From assembly GCF_009914755.1 (NCBI RefSeq), contig NC_060925.1: a stretch of 64,000 nt of DNA; one strand, written 5' to 3'. The stretch's first letter is position 1, and each line of letters opens with the position of its first letter. The stretch is from the human T2T-CHM13v2.0 reference genome, Homo sapiens. Under the pieces are notes generated by a model. The model worked only from the letters and a program-made list of their open reading frames with translations. It was not told the DNA's origin and did not search any database. Position numbers and translations under genes: made by a program. Shown in pieces: positions 39,986 to 53,644 of the stretch.

Positions 39986-40001
39986 CACATATATATGGAA
40001 T
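39288..40001 (-). mobile_element. L1MA9/10-like element with 5' inversion (39288-39588 minus, 39587-40001 plus)
   Basis: Antisense 3'UTR (acagcagatctctagagcttattt, ttttagatacctcatgtaaatgaaatca) abuts a sense ORF2 end (gatatcagctcaca...aatagccaagatgtggaaacaa). Confidence 0.8.
39917..39996. repeat. Compound (TG)n(TA)n(CA/TA)n microsatellite
   Basis: Read directly; expansion of the L1 tgtggtatatatacaca motif. Confidence 0.95.
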
Positions 40002-42804
40002 TTGCCATTGTCTTAAATAAAAGCAGGCTCCATGAATTAAAATAGAGATGTTTTTAATGGAAAACTGTATAATCGTGTAATCCATAATAGAAGTTTACAT
40101 GTAATGATAGTTAATATTTCCCTTTACTGTTTTCACTTTTCACAAAAATTAAAAATAATTGGTGTTTATCTTTATTTATCTATGAAACTGACTTTATAAA
40201 CAAATTTTTTATTTAACAATGATAAAATGTATTCAGTTTTGTCTTTAGAGGTACCATGTCCACGGAATATAAATAGAACTGTTTACAATTTCTCTCTCCA
40301 ATTAAATCAAAGTAGACAGCCAGACTGAATAATTTGTGCAATGTTTGTCTGGTAATATACATAAATACATGGATTTTCAGCTGCTGAAATGCTTACATCA
40401 TGGGCTATTTGAAAACAGCAGCTATATTTTAAGGCAAATAATTTAAGTAAGACCATTTTAAATATTTTTTAAAACTCACCTGGCTATCCATATATACTAA
40501 TATAGGTGCAAGACAACTTCTCTTTCTTTGTGTAGTCTGAATTAAATTTCAAAATTCGATTTCCATAAAGGCTAGCCTTTTTGACCTTTCTCAAGCTGTC
40601 TAACCAAAAGGTTGTCTGCCTCATTACCATTAATAAAAAGAATGTGCTTTTAAAGTTTAACTAAATTATCTTAAGGGCAAAAACTGAATATAACTGTGAT
40701 CTGTGGTTTTTCAACTAACTGGGTTTCTAAGACTTAGAATGGTTGATTGTTCAGCAAATATGAAGATTACTTTTACATATATATGTGTGTTATATGATTT
40801 CTCTTTTTTGTTAATCTTTGTTAGTTTTATTTATTGAATTACGAAAAACATGTTATTAGTCATTTTCAAACCTGAGCTCATAACATTAACCGAATTACTT
40901 AATAAAACAAAATATAATTTAATAATAATGAACATGACTGTTTACATGTATAGTTATTGTTATATATTATGTAAATAAATATATAGTATGTTATTAATAT
41001 TGTATATATGATACATGTAATAAATGTAATATTTTTAATAAACATATGTTGAATTTACCAATAGAGGCCAGGGAGTTGAGTGCTGTTCTATATTAATTAA
41101 ACACTAATTTAGAGAAAAACTTTAAAATTCTAATTCAGGACTTTCCACATACAGAACAATTTCATAAAATGTATGAGTTGTGAAGTATTTTTTCAACACA
41201 AAGAGATTAAGTCCTATGCCACTTGCTTATTTGTAAGCACATATTATAAATGCCTACTTATGTTTTAATGCTTAACAGGTATATCATTTTAGTAGCCATA
41301 CTAGTGTTTTAATACATTTCTTTAATTTATCATACTTAATATTATACCTCAATATTGGGTAAATAAATGACCTTTACATCTGGATATGGCAGTTTCTGTC
41401 AGGTTGTTAATGTGAAAGTTGGAGTCAACGTAGTTGGAAGTTGAAAGTTGAAGTTAAGCTGAGTTTGTAATTCGTCATTGCTATAATTATCTCCAGTGCA
41501 GCCCATAATTCCATATCCTCTAATAGTTATCTCCTCTTGCCTTGAGTTCAGGGTGGGGGGTCCTGAAGGTTTCCTCTCAGTTTACCTGCTGCTCACTAAC
41601 TTTCACTATTTATTGCTCACTTATAATACAGATAGGGTCTGTCTTCATGCTTTTGCTCCTCCTCCAGGGGTAGGTAAGTGTTTATTACTCAGTGCAAAAC
41701 TTTATTGCAGGAACAGGGGTATTCTCTGTTGTCATAGGACAACTACAATCTTAGATGAATTCAAGTCTTTATGGCCTTGAAACTGAGGCTATTTTCAGAT
41801 TTCCCTTCATACACCCCATCCCAGTCCAAATTCTTATTTTATTTTTAATTTTTTTTTAATCTTGAGAATGAGTTTTCTGCTCCTCTACAGGGATAGAAAT
41901 CTACTTGGTTTAGATTTAGAGTTTTTTTGTTCAAGATCTCTGTTGTCTCTTACCCAAGATAGGGATTTCATTCCCTTTCTCCCTTTGAGCTTCAAAGGAA
42001 GTTTGACTTCATCTTGGGTATCACAGAGTTATTATTATTATTATATTTTATCTCTCCCATAGACCAGTTTTGTCTTTGCTCCTCTTGTAGAATCAACTGA
42101 ATCAACTGACTTTTTTTTCTTTTGGGTTCTGAAGGACAAATATTTGCTGCTTCTTCCTCCACAGTTTATTTTCACTTCTTAGAAGAAAAGGTCACAGGTA
42201 TATCAGCAGAGGTCTGTGCTCATTTGTAGCAACTGTCAATCATTTTGTGAACATTTGTCTTACAGAGGGAAGCTCTCTATGGACGACTGCCCCAGCCACA
42301 TTGTTTTGTGAGAACACCCGATGGAAAACAATATAGAAGATCTTGTGAGTGTTTGGGACCCTCATCTTACATTTGAGACCCTCAGTTTTTCCAAACTTAT
42401 ATAGCAGCCCAACCTTTAGCTTTGACATTATTTTTTTAGGGTTTTACTGATTTTTTTTCTAATTTGTTTTTAAGAGTCTATCAGTTTCTTCTTCGCTTTG
42501 GCAAAACTGAAACAATTCATTTACACTATCATTATTCCAAGAGCATTTCTCTCTTTGAAAGTCTGGATAGTTATCTGTTGTGTGAGCTCAACTCTCTGAT
42601 ATGCTCAAGATATTTTATGATTTTGGAGATGATTTTTTCCTCATGGTTATGTTGGAAGCAGTATTATTTGCATCGTTCTACAACTTAAATGACTGGTTAC
42701 CTTCTATTTTTATGCTTTCTCTTTGATTTTAGCAACTGGATTATGGTGTGTCTTTCTTCATGTTTCTTCTGCTTAAAATATGTTGAACTTCTTGGATTTA
42801 TAGG

Positions 42805-43315
42805 TGTAGGAGGCAAAATAATGGGCTCCCAAAGATGTCCAAGTCCAAATCCGCAGAATCTGTTAATGTCTTATGGTACATGGAAAAGGAGAAGTAAGAT
42901 TGCAAATGAAATTAAGATTGGTAATAAACCAACCTTAATATAACAGGTTATCATAGATCATTCCATAAGGCACAATGCAATTACAAGCATCCTTAAAAAT
43001 GAAAGCTGGGGGCAGAAGAGTCAGCATCAGAGTTATGCTATGTAAAAAAGCCTTAAAAGGCCCATTATCGGTTTGAAGATGAAAGGGAGGCACATGCAAA
43101 GAAATGCAGGCAGCCTTTAGAAGCTGCGTAAGACAAGAAAACAGATTATACCCGGAACATCCAAAAATAAATGTGGTACTGCTGATACTTTGGCTTTAGT
43201 CTGATGAGACCCATTACAGACTTCTGACCTCAAGAACTTTAATATAACACGTTTGTGTCATTTTAAGCCACTAACTTCTGGTAATTGGTTACTGTAGTAG
43301 AGTGAAACTAATAGA
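42805..43315 (+). mobile_element. MLT1D MaLR solo LTR
   Basis: tgtaggaggcaaaataatgggctcccaaagatgtcc...gacttctgacctcaagaact...ttttaagccactaa...gaaactaataga. Confidence 0.88.
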
Positions 43316-44546
43316 GTGGGTTTATAATTTTGTCAAAAATATATCAATTCTTTCTCAAATAATTCAAATTCTACATTTTAAAAAATAATTATTCAATAAT
43401 TTAAATAAGCAATAATATTCAAATAATAAATATTCATTATTAATTCAAGTATATTTTGCCCTCTCCTCCTACCACTTTCTCCTCTTCTTCTGAGATTCAA
43501 CTTACAGGCATCTCAGAGATATTGAAAGTTAGGTTCCGGACTACTGTAATAAATATTGCAATAAAGCAAGTCACACAAATAGTTGGTTTCCCAGTGCATA
43601 TAAATGTTTTTCTTGCACTGTACCATAGCCTACTAAATGTACAACAGCGTTATGTCTAAACAAAGTACATATTTTAATTACAAAATAATTTATTGCTAAA
43701 AATGCTAATGATCATCTGACTCTTCAGCAATTTGGAGTATTTTTGCTGGAGGATCTTGCCTTGTTGATAGCTACTGACTGAACAGGGTGGTGGTTGCTGA
43801 AGGTTGGCATGGCTGTGACAATTCCTCTAAATAAGACATCAATGACATTTGCTGCCTTGCTTGACTCTCCCATTCACAAAAAATTTCTCTGTAGCTGGCA
43901 ATGCTGTTTAATAGCATTTTGCCCACAGTGGAACCTCTTTCAAAATTGGAGTCTATCCTCTCAAACCTTGCTGCTTTCTAAAGTAAGTTTATGAAACAGT
44001 CTAAATCCTTTATTTGCATTTCAACAAAGAGCATCTTCACAAGGAGTAGATTCCATCTGAAGAAACCACTTTCTTTGCTTGTCCATAAGAAACAACCCTT
44101 TATCCATTCAATTCTTATCATATGCTTGTTGCAGTTAAGTCACATCTTCAGGCTTCATTTATAATTCTAGTTTTGCTATTTCCACACATCTGTAGTTATT
44201 TCCTCCACTGAAGACTTGAACCCTCAAAGTCATTTATGAGTGTGGAGCCAGCCTCTTCCAAACTCCTGTTAATGCTGATATTTTTATCTTCTCTCATGAA
44301 TCACAAATGTTCTTAATGGCATTTACAATAAGGAATTTTTTTCAGAGAGTTTTTAAATTCACTAGGCCGAGATCCACCAAAGGAATCACTATCTATGGCA
44401 TCTCCAACCTTACACAAGGTATTTCTAATATATTTATAAGACTAGAAAGTCAAAATTACTCCTTAATCCATGGACTTCAGATGTGGTGTTAGCAAACATA
44501 AAAATATTAATCTTGTACTTCTTCATCAGAGCTCTTGGGTGACCAT

Positions 44547-44792
44547 TTACCTTGTCAATAAGCAGATTATATTTTTCTTTCTTTTTCCTGAGCAATAGGT
44601 CTCAACAGTGGGCTTAAAATATTCAGCAAACCATGCTATAAACAAATGTGCTGTCATCCAGGGTTTGTTGCTCCATTTATAGAGGACAGGCAGAGTAGAC
44701 TTAGCATAATTCTTAAAGGCCCTAGGATTTTCAGAATGGCAAGCAAACACTGGCTTCAACTTAAAGTCATCAGGTACATTAAACACTAACAT
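44547..44792 (-). pseudogene. Tigger1 (pogo-like) transposase DDE-domain remnant
   Basis: [58 protein letters not shown]; frame broken by the MER1A insertion and by stops. Confidence 0.9.
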
Positions 44793-44848
44793 GAGAGTCC
44801 ATCTATCTTTTGAAGCTTTGAAGACAGACGCTGACTTCTCCTATCTAG

Positions 44849-45376
44849 CCCCCAACCAACGGGGGCTGGATACCCACGGACCAATACTGGTCCATGGCCT
44901 GTTAGGAACTGGGCCGCACAGCAGGAGGTAAGTGGCCCACAAAGCTTCATCTGTTTTTACAGCCGCTCCCCATCACTCACATTACTGCCTGAGTTCCATC
45001 TCTTGTCAGATCAGTGGTAGCATTAGATTCTCATAGTAATGCAAACCCTACTGTGAACTGTACATGCAAAGGATCTAGGTCACATGCTCCTTGTGAGAAT
45101 CTAATGCCTGAAGATCTGTCACTATCTTCTATCGCCTTCTGATGAGAATGTCTAGTTGCAGGAAAACAAGCTCAGGACTCCCACTGATTATACATTATGG
45201 AGAGTTGTATAATTATTTCATTATATATTACAATGAAGTAATATGAGAAATAAAGTGCACAATAAATTTAATGTGCTTGAAACATTCCAGAATCATCCCC
45301 CTCACCCCTGTCTGTGGGTAAAAATTGTCTTCCATGAAACTGGTCCCTGGTGCCAAAAAAAGGTTGGGGACCACTG
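44849..45376 (+). mobile_element. MER1A (hAT-Charlie) with damaged left end
   Basis: ggcctgttaggaactgggccgcacagcaggagg...tccctggtgccaaaaaaaggttggggaccactg matches MER1A. Confidence 0.95.
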
Positions 45377-48119
45377 TTATATGGCATCTTCTTCTAATAG
45401 AAGGCTATTTTGTATGTGTTAAAAATCTGTTGTTTAGTGTAGCCATTTTATCAATGATCTTAGCTAAATCCTCTGGATGACTTGCTGCAGCTTCTGACTT
45501 GGTACTTGCTGCAGCTTCTGACTTGGTACTTGCTGCTTCACCTTGCACTTTTATGTTACAGAGATGGTTTCTTTCTTTAAAGCTCATGAGCCAACATCTG
45601 CTAGCTTCCCACTTTACTTTTGCAGCTTCCTCACCTGTCAGCCTTTTTAGAATTAGACAGAGTTAGGACCTTGCTCTGAATTAGGCTTTGGCTTAAGAGA
45701 ATGCTGTTACTGGTTTGATCTTCTATTCAGACCACTCACATTTTCTCCATATAAGCAATAAGGCTGTTTTGCTTTCTTATAGTTTGTGTGTGTGTGGGAG
45801 TAGCACTTTTAATTTTCTTCAAGAACTTCTGGCATTCACAACTTGGCTAACTATTTCATGCAAGAGGCCCAAATTTTTGGCCTATCTCAGTTTTAGGCAT
45901 TAAATCATTTCTACCTTTTGATTTAAAGTGAAAGAGGTGCAACCCTTCCTTTCCCTTGAATACTTAGAAGCCATTGTAGGGTTATTAATTGGCCTACTTT
46001 CAATATTGTTGTGGCTGAGAAATAGGGAGGCCTGAGGAGAGAAAGAATGACAAGAGAATTGCTAATCAGCAGAGCCATAACACACAAAATAATGGAAACG
46101 TTTGAAATATTGGAAGAATTATTCAAATGTCACACAGAGACATGAAGTGAGCACATGGTGTTGGAAAAATGATACCAATAGACTTGAGCAACTCAGGGTT
46201 ACCACATTTCATCCTTTTGTCGAAAACATAATATCTGCGAAGAGTGATAAAGCAAAGTACAGTGCAAAAGGTATGTCTGCATATGATGTTAGACAAATTG
46301 AGAATAACTCACAACTTATTGGTGCTCTATTTAGTTTTTATTTTTCTGTTTTACAGTCTTGTATTTATGCTATTAGGCTAATTTATTTTATTATGTCCTT
46401 TAAATGCAGTAATCTTGTTTCCTAAAGTGTTTAAGATACTCTTAGCCTTATAAAATGTATTTCTCATTTTTGATATGTTTTTCTCCACTAGCAGTTTTAT
46501 TTCTCTCCTTATCACAGCTGTGTTTTCTTCTACTTTCCCAAACACATGGAAGATACTTGCATAGGCATTTTAATATCTGTGTTTACCTTTTCTATCATTT
46601 GGGTTATATCTGTGCCTGTTTCAATTGACTGATTATTTCTCTTGGTGATAAATGTATTTTATATTATTTTAGAATGCCTGGTGATTTTTGATTGGATGCT
46701 ACACATTGTGAATTTTACTCTGATTGGTGTTAAATTTTGTTATGTCTCTAGGAATATCATTGAACTTTATTTAGATACAGTTAGTTTACATAGAATCCTC
46801 TGAAGTTTTAGAGACTTGTGTTTAAACCTTATCATGGTATATCCAGAGCAGTCTTTAGTTTAGGACTAATTTTGCACCACTTGTAAAACAGACTATTCTA
46901 AAGATTCTATGTGGTGTCCCACATTTGGGGAGGCTTTTTACTCTGGCTGGTTAAAGTATGACCTATTGGCCAATTTGTATGAGCTCCAGGGATTGTTCTA
47001 CACATTCATTTACAGTGGTTTATTGCCTGGCTGCCGTATTGTATCACATTCATACATAGTTCAGGCACTCAGACAAAGCTTCAAGAGGGCACTTTTACAG
47101 AACTCCTGGCTTCTTCTATCATTACAGTGTTTTCCTCTCCATTATTTCACCCTCTAAATTGTACTAACCTCTGGATCTCTAAACTCTGGATCCTCAACAC
47201 AGCTTGTGTTTGAGCTCCCTTATCTGTTTTTCAACTTGGAAACTTTCTCCAAGCAATAAGCTGGGTCAATTGAGAGCTTACCTCAATTCATTTTCCTTTT
47301 CTCAAGGATTTTTTGTGTTGTTTGTTTTCCAGTATTTGAGAACTTTATATCATATATTTTATTGATTGCCTATTTGAAGAAAAAAACCCAAATTTTAGTC
47401 TTTGTTACTACGTTGTCACCAGAAGCACAAATTCTTGTATATAAATTAGTTTCCTTTTTTTGTCTTTCCTCTTGTTTACCTAGAGAATATGAGTTTCAAA
47501 GAGCCAAAACAGAAACAAATAGAGATTATAAATCTCTAATTGTTATCAAAAGTCTTAATATGTTTAAAATTCAGTATAATTATTTCATAAAAGTCTAGAT
47601 TAGAAACTAAAGAAATGTAGTGTTCTAGGGTTACATATATGCTAATTTATGTTATAAAATGCATCATATTAATGAGTCCTGAGTGTGTCTCTTTCCCAGA
47701 AAGAACAGAAAATGATATACAATGACACTAAAAAAAAACCTATTATGTTTTTATACGAACCATACTATGTAATATAAAGTTGTTTTAACAGCTAATATTT
47801 ATTATAATAATTTCCATTATGAATAAAATAAATACTAATTTTAAACAAACCTTTACAAAATATCTCATTATATAAGGTATTTCTCTTATTTGATAAATGC
47901 AGGCAAAATAACTACTGATGTGATACTATTGGCAGATAAAATTTTGTTATTAAAACAAAAACTAAGTTTTACATTTCCCTATTATATTGCTTATAATTAT
48001 TATAGAATTTGACAAAGGTAATAACATCACCAATAAAATAATCGTATAAAAATAAACAGTTTAGTAAATCTATCTAAATTTATCTAAATAAATAAAAAAG
48101 AGTGTATAAAAATTATTCA

Positions 48120-48240
48120 TAATAGGTATATTGGCCTGTAGTCCCAACTACTTAGGAGACTGAGATGGGAGAACTGCTTCAGTCCAGGAGTTCGAGTCCA
48201 GACTGGGCAAGATAGCAAGACCCTATCATTAAAAACAAAC
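48120..48240 (+). mobile_element. FLAM (Alu monomer)
   Basis: gcctgtagtcccaactact...ccaggagttcgag...gcaagaccct plus A tail; TSD aaaaattattc / aaaaataattc. Confidence 0.8.
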
Positions 48241-49199
48241 AAAAATAATTCTTTATAAATCTAGAAATTAGGAGTGCAGACAGAAAAGAATAATGGTCTA
48301 TGAGAAGCATTCTTCCATATATACTAATAAGAAAATCATTCACAGAGGGAAAACAATCCTAAAATTTGTTTGAATCTTTCTTTACCTCTCAATTCTCATT
48401 ATGACTGCATATGAATCAAAATAAAGGAATAAACAACTTAACTCATTAGGATTTAAAAAGTCCGATGGTTTTCTAGCCATTGGACTTAAATTAGAGCCAA
48501 CTGATCTATCCTTTTGTTGTTAAAGAAACACAGGACTACTATGTTTAATCATTAATGCCCAAACCATTTGAGTTACTTTTTACTATGTGTAAAGGCTCCT
48601 AATGCTTTGGCAATGTCTAAACATTTGTTAAATATATAGTGCTGCTATAAACCTAAATAGTCATATGAACAAGAAAAAGAAATAAGTTATTCTGATTATA
48701 AATCTTAGTGATGAATATATTTTTTCTTGTCTGTTCTCTTTTTTGTACTCATAAAAATATTTATTTTCAAGTGAATTGTAAATATATTCATTAAAGACAG
48801 ATAATTGTGCTTTCAGCCTTCTTAAAATAAAACTGGTAAAATTATTTTGGAAGTCCTGAGTGGGAAGGTGGGGGGACAGCAGGGCAAAAATGACTCCAAG
48901 GTTAAAAATAACATTAAAAGATGTTCTCAAGCCTGAATTCTTTTTCAAGAATCAGGTTTTTCAATTCTTCACAGACATAATTTGTGAAAATTTATTTTAT
49001 GAATACTTTCCCTTAAGAAAAATGTTATCATCAGCCCCAGGTAAAATGTGCATTTACATGACATTGTTTGAGAGAAATTGGTAAAGCTTTAATGAATGAA
49101 CATATATCATCCTTAGAATTACAAAAAGTTTTACTATTAATAAATGTTGTCATTCTTATCTCATTTAATTATAAAATTGTATAGCCTCTATCATGGGTA

Positions 49200-49453
49200 T
49201 ATTTTCAGCCTATCCCTTGGATCAGTCCCTCTGGGGAAAGCACGCTGACATTTTTGAGCAGCCCTTGGAAGAAGATTTCATGCCGAAAACTGGTCTCTAC
49301 CTAAAACCGGAGAAGACAAAAGCCCTTGGACAACCACATGAGTGACCTAAGCTATTCCCTTATTCCTGACACTCAGAAACTAAGATTGTAAATGATTGTT
49401 TTAAGCTCTTGAATTTTGTGATCTCTTTTATGTACCAGTAGATAACTAATGCA
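49200..49453 (+). mobile_element. MLT1F/H-like LTR fragment, internally deleted
   Basis: ctctggggaaagc...ttcctgacactcagaaact...ttgttttaagc...gtagataactaatgca. Confidence 0.6.
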
Positions 49454-49701
49454 GTCTATAATGAATTTATAAAGAGACTGAGACAAAGGAGTACGTGACT
49501 TCGTAAAGCTACTCAGGCAGCTAATGACTATGCTACACACTCTTGCTTGCCTAAAAATGTTTATCCGCCAACATATCGCTTATTAATATAAACCCAATTA
49601 AGTTATCCTTCAGTGAAGAATGAACCTTTCACTAATCCCAGGTAAAGAATCTTTGTTGTTCGATATCAGTCATGGTAATTCAATTTTCTTGACATTAATT
49701 G

Positions 49702-50148
49702 TGAAACCAACCCAACAGTCCCATGGATGTTTCTTTGGATAATATAGAAATTGATCTTTCTGATCTTAAAGCTTGAAGCTTACATTTGTTTTATCACTAT
49801 TCCTTCCTCAGGAAAGACCACCAGACCTCTGAAAAAGTATCAAAGAACTGAGACTCTCCAGGTCATCACATCTAGACAATAGGAGACCTCAGGCCCCTTA
49901 TTCATCACGATTGCTTTCTTCCCTTCCTTAGTTCTTGTTTTCCCACACATAGTTAGATTACTTCCCTGCTATATAAATCCCTAATTTTAGTTGGTTAGGG
50001 ATATAGATTTGAGCCTGATCTCTCATCTCTTTATAGCTGCAACATCCAGTTAAAGCCTTCTTCTTTGGCAATAATCATTGGCCCAGTGATTGGCTTTCTG
50101 TGTGGCAAGCAGCAGGACCTAGACCAAACCCCTGGTGTTTCAGTAACA
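49702..50148 (+). mobile_element. Solo LTR, LTR47-like
   Basis: TGAAACC...GTAACA, TATA box ctatataaa; TSD ATTG / ACTG; homologous to 54071-54518. Confidence 0.88.
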
Positions 50149-50370
50149 ACTGGCTGATATTTTAGAGAACAGTGTATAGCAAAACACTGGCCACCAAGGG
50201 AACATTATTGAAGCGCATCAAGTAAGTTCTTTTCCAATTATAAGAGATGTTGGATGCAAAATATATTTTTAATGTTTATTTATTTATTTACTTCTGCTTG
50301 GCATTATCATATCTGCATCTAATACCTGAAATTATTGGATCCATCTTGGGGACAAGAGAAGTAGTAGGCA

Positions 50371-50768
50371 TGTTATAGACTTAATGTTTGTATCCTCTCA
50401 ACATTGATATGTTTAAGCTCTAACCCCAGTGTGTTGGTTTTGAAGGTGGAGACTTTGGGAAGTAATTAGGTTTAGATGAAGGGTGTGTGGGTGGCCTTTA
50501 TGAATTAGTGTCTTACAAAAGGAGAAGAAATTGGAGATCCTTCTCCCTTCTACTCCCTCCCACTTGCTGATATCAGGAAAGGCCATGTGAGGCTGCAGTG
50601 AGAAGGTGGCCACTTGCAAACCAAGAAGTTGGCCCTCGACAAGAACTGAATTGGCTGAAACCATAATCTTAGACTTTCCAGCCTTCAGAACTCTGAGAAA
50701 TAAATGTCTGTTGTCTAAGCTACCCAGTTTTTGATATTTTATTGTGGCAGCGTGGACTGATTATAGCA
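50371..50768 (+). mobile_element. MLT1A-type MaLR solo LTR
   Basis: tgttatagacttaatgtttg...gactttccagccttcagaactctgagaaataaatgtctgttgtctaagctaccc. Confidence 0.88.
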
Positions 50769-51022
50769 AGGTTAACTGGAAAAGCAGAGAAAAATATGCA
50801 AAAATTATAAAATAACTCTATATCTCTCATATAGCACACTTGGCATACTGTTTAAGCTATTTCTGTTTATGTCTTTTGTCACCTGAAAGTATTTTCATGG
50901 ATAAAAACATCAGAGTCAAGAGTAGAAGTAGCTAGTCAATCCTACTACAATTTTCTCTATAATTCATTTTTCTGGGTCCCAGCATGCTCTTGTTATGGCA
51001 AGCAATTGCCAATTTTCTCTAA

Positions 51023-51433
<411 letters not shown>

Positions 51434-52083
51434 GACTATTACTTTTTTACTATTACTTTTTTAATAGACTGTCTATCATGTTTCTAATAGCTGACATCTT
51501 TGCATGTAGCTCTACTTCTATTTTCTCTTTTAGGTTTTTGTTTATCTTCAGGCTATTTTCCTTGTGTGTTTTGACTGTGAAATAACCATTTCTTTTGACA
51601 TTATATGTATGTTTGGTTTTTTGTGTGTTTATCGTACTTGGTATGCAATAAAATGCTTGGATGTGTAAGTGGATGTTTTTCATCAAATTTCAGAAATATG
51701 TCTCTGTTTTGTTTTATTTTTCTCAAGAAGTCATAATTTTTTATCTGATTTATTGAAAGACCAACAAAAATACTGGGTTATGGATTTTACTTCTGTTTTG
51801 GTTTTTCCTGTTTGTTTTTCATGATTAAAGACCCTTTCACCATCTCCACATAAATATGTATTTCCACATACATACAGTAGAATAACTGGAAGGAAGGATC
51901 ACCTGTGGCCAAAAAATTTTTGATGTAATTATGGCTGCAAATATTATCTAGGCATATACCTCAATGTATTATTTTTGTTTCTGTAGTCTATTTTCATTAA
52001 ATAAATATAAATTTTAATGAGGGCACAACTTGTGTTACTTTTTTTCTTAATTCTGGTAATAAATTTTATCTTAACACTATACA

Positions 52084-52596
52084 CGTTGGGAACAAGCCCC
52101 CCAAAATCTGGCTGTAAACTGGCCCCAAAACTAGCCATAAACAAAATCTCTGCAGCACTGTAACATGTTCATAAAGGCCCTAATGCCCACGCTGGAAGGT
52201 TGTGGGTTTACCAGAATGAGGGCAAGGAACACCTGGCCTGCCCAGGGCAGAAAACTGCTTAAAGGCATTCTTAAGCCACAAACAATAGCATGAGCGATCT
52301 GTGCCTTAAGGACATGCTCCTGCTGCAGTTAACTAGCCCAACCTATTCCTTTAATTTGGCCCATCCCTTCGTTTCCTATAAGGAATGCTTTTAGTTAATT
52401 TAACATCTATAGAAACAATCCTAACGACTGGTTTGCTGTTAATAAATACGTGGGTAAATCTCTGTTCAGGGCTCTCAGCTCTGAAGGCTGTGAGACCCCT
52501 GATTTCCCACTTCACACCTCTATATTTCTGTGTGTGTGTCTTTAATTCCTCTAGTGCCACTGGGTTAGGATCTCCCCAACCGAGCTGGTCTTGGCA
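52084..52596 (+). mobile_element. MER9 solo LTR (HERV-K9/HML-3)
   Basis: (t/c)gttgggaacaagccccccaaaatctggc...gagctggtcttggca, 513 bp; AATAAA; 5-bp TSD ATACA (52079-83 / 52597-601). Confidence 0.93.
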
Positions 52597-53057
52597 ATAC
52601 ATATCCACTTCATTTTGAGTGTTTTCTTTCTCTTCTATCTTGGAATCCATTATTGGCTTCAACAAACTTTGTTTTAATTTTTAACTCAATTTTGAAATAG
52701 AACATCTCTATTCAAGGTCAGCTTTCACATTTAACATGGTAATTTTTTTTCTTCAATTGATGTCATAGTCTACTGCTATGCTAATAAATTTTTTTCTTTC
52801 TGAACATTATATTAGTGGTGGTTCTGCAAAGATCTTCATTTTTTAAGGATGTAATGATTAACTGGAATTACTCTGCATAAACTGAAAAGTACAGCTAAAA
52901 ATGTATTCTGAATGTATTTTGTATAGTGATGCATATCTTCTGTGCAAGAGCAAATGCAAAATAACAACTCCTGCTGTGTAAAATTCCCACAAAACTTATT
53001 TTTCCCTTAACTATTTCCAACTTGATATTTCAGCATATACTGTTTTAATACCTTTCC

Positions 53058-53356
53058 TTTTTTTTTTTTTTTTTTTGAGACAGAGTCTTGTTTGGTCACC
53101 CAGGCTAGAGTGCAGTGGTGCAATCTCCACTCACTGCAACCTCCACCCCCAGGTTCAAGCGATTCCCCTGCCTCAGCCTCCTGAGTAGATGGGATTACAG
53201 GCACCCGCCCCCGCTCCCAGCTAATTTTTGTATTTTTAGTAGAGACTGGTTTTTCACCATCTTGGTCAGGGTGATCTCAAACTCCAGACCTCGTGATCCA
53301 CCTGCCTCAGCCTCCTAAAGTGCTGGGATTTCAGGCGTGAGCCACTGTGCCCGGCC
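53058..53356 (-). mobile_element. AluS (Sg/Sx3-type)
   Basis: gacctcgtgatcc; degenerate TSD aatacctttcc / aatgcctgtcc. Confidence 0.92.
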
Positions 53357-53644
53357 AATGCCTGTCCATTTTTATTCAAGGTTGCATTACCATATGGAGA
53401 ATTATTATTTGTAATAATATTAAAATTCTGTATTTTTTCCTTACTTTTAGTGAGCATTCTTCTAAAATATAAAGGGAGAAAACTAGCATGTTATCTGAAC
53501 ACATAAATTTTCTTCTGATTTTTTTCAGCTGCATTTGAACAGACACTATTATATGAGTATACATTAGGAAATTAGTCATTGACTATGAATAATTGTTGCT
53601 TTCAACATTGTTGGAGTAAAATTACTGATATGAAAAGAAAAGGA

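Larger units (their letters stand above)
43505..46279 (-). mobile_element. Near full-length Tigger1 DNA transposon with nested MER1A
   Basis: TIRs caggcatctc... and ...ggtatgtctg; TA at 43503-04 and CA on the right; transposase fragments [29 protein letters not shown] and [16 protein letters not shown]. Confidence 0.95.
42560..47430 (-). mobile_element. Ancient L1M ORF1/5' region, interrupted by MLT1D and Tigger1
   Basis: tgttgaacttcttggat|gtgggtttataatt and ttctgagattcaactta|catatgatgttagac continue across the insertions; boundaries approximate. Confidence 0.55.
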
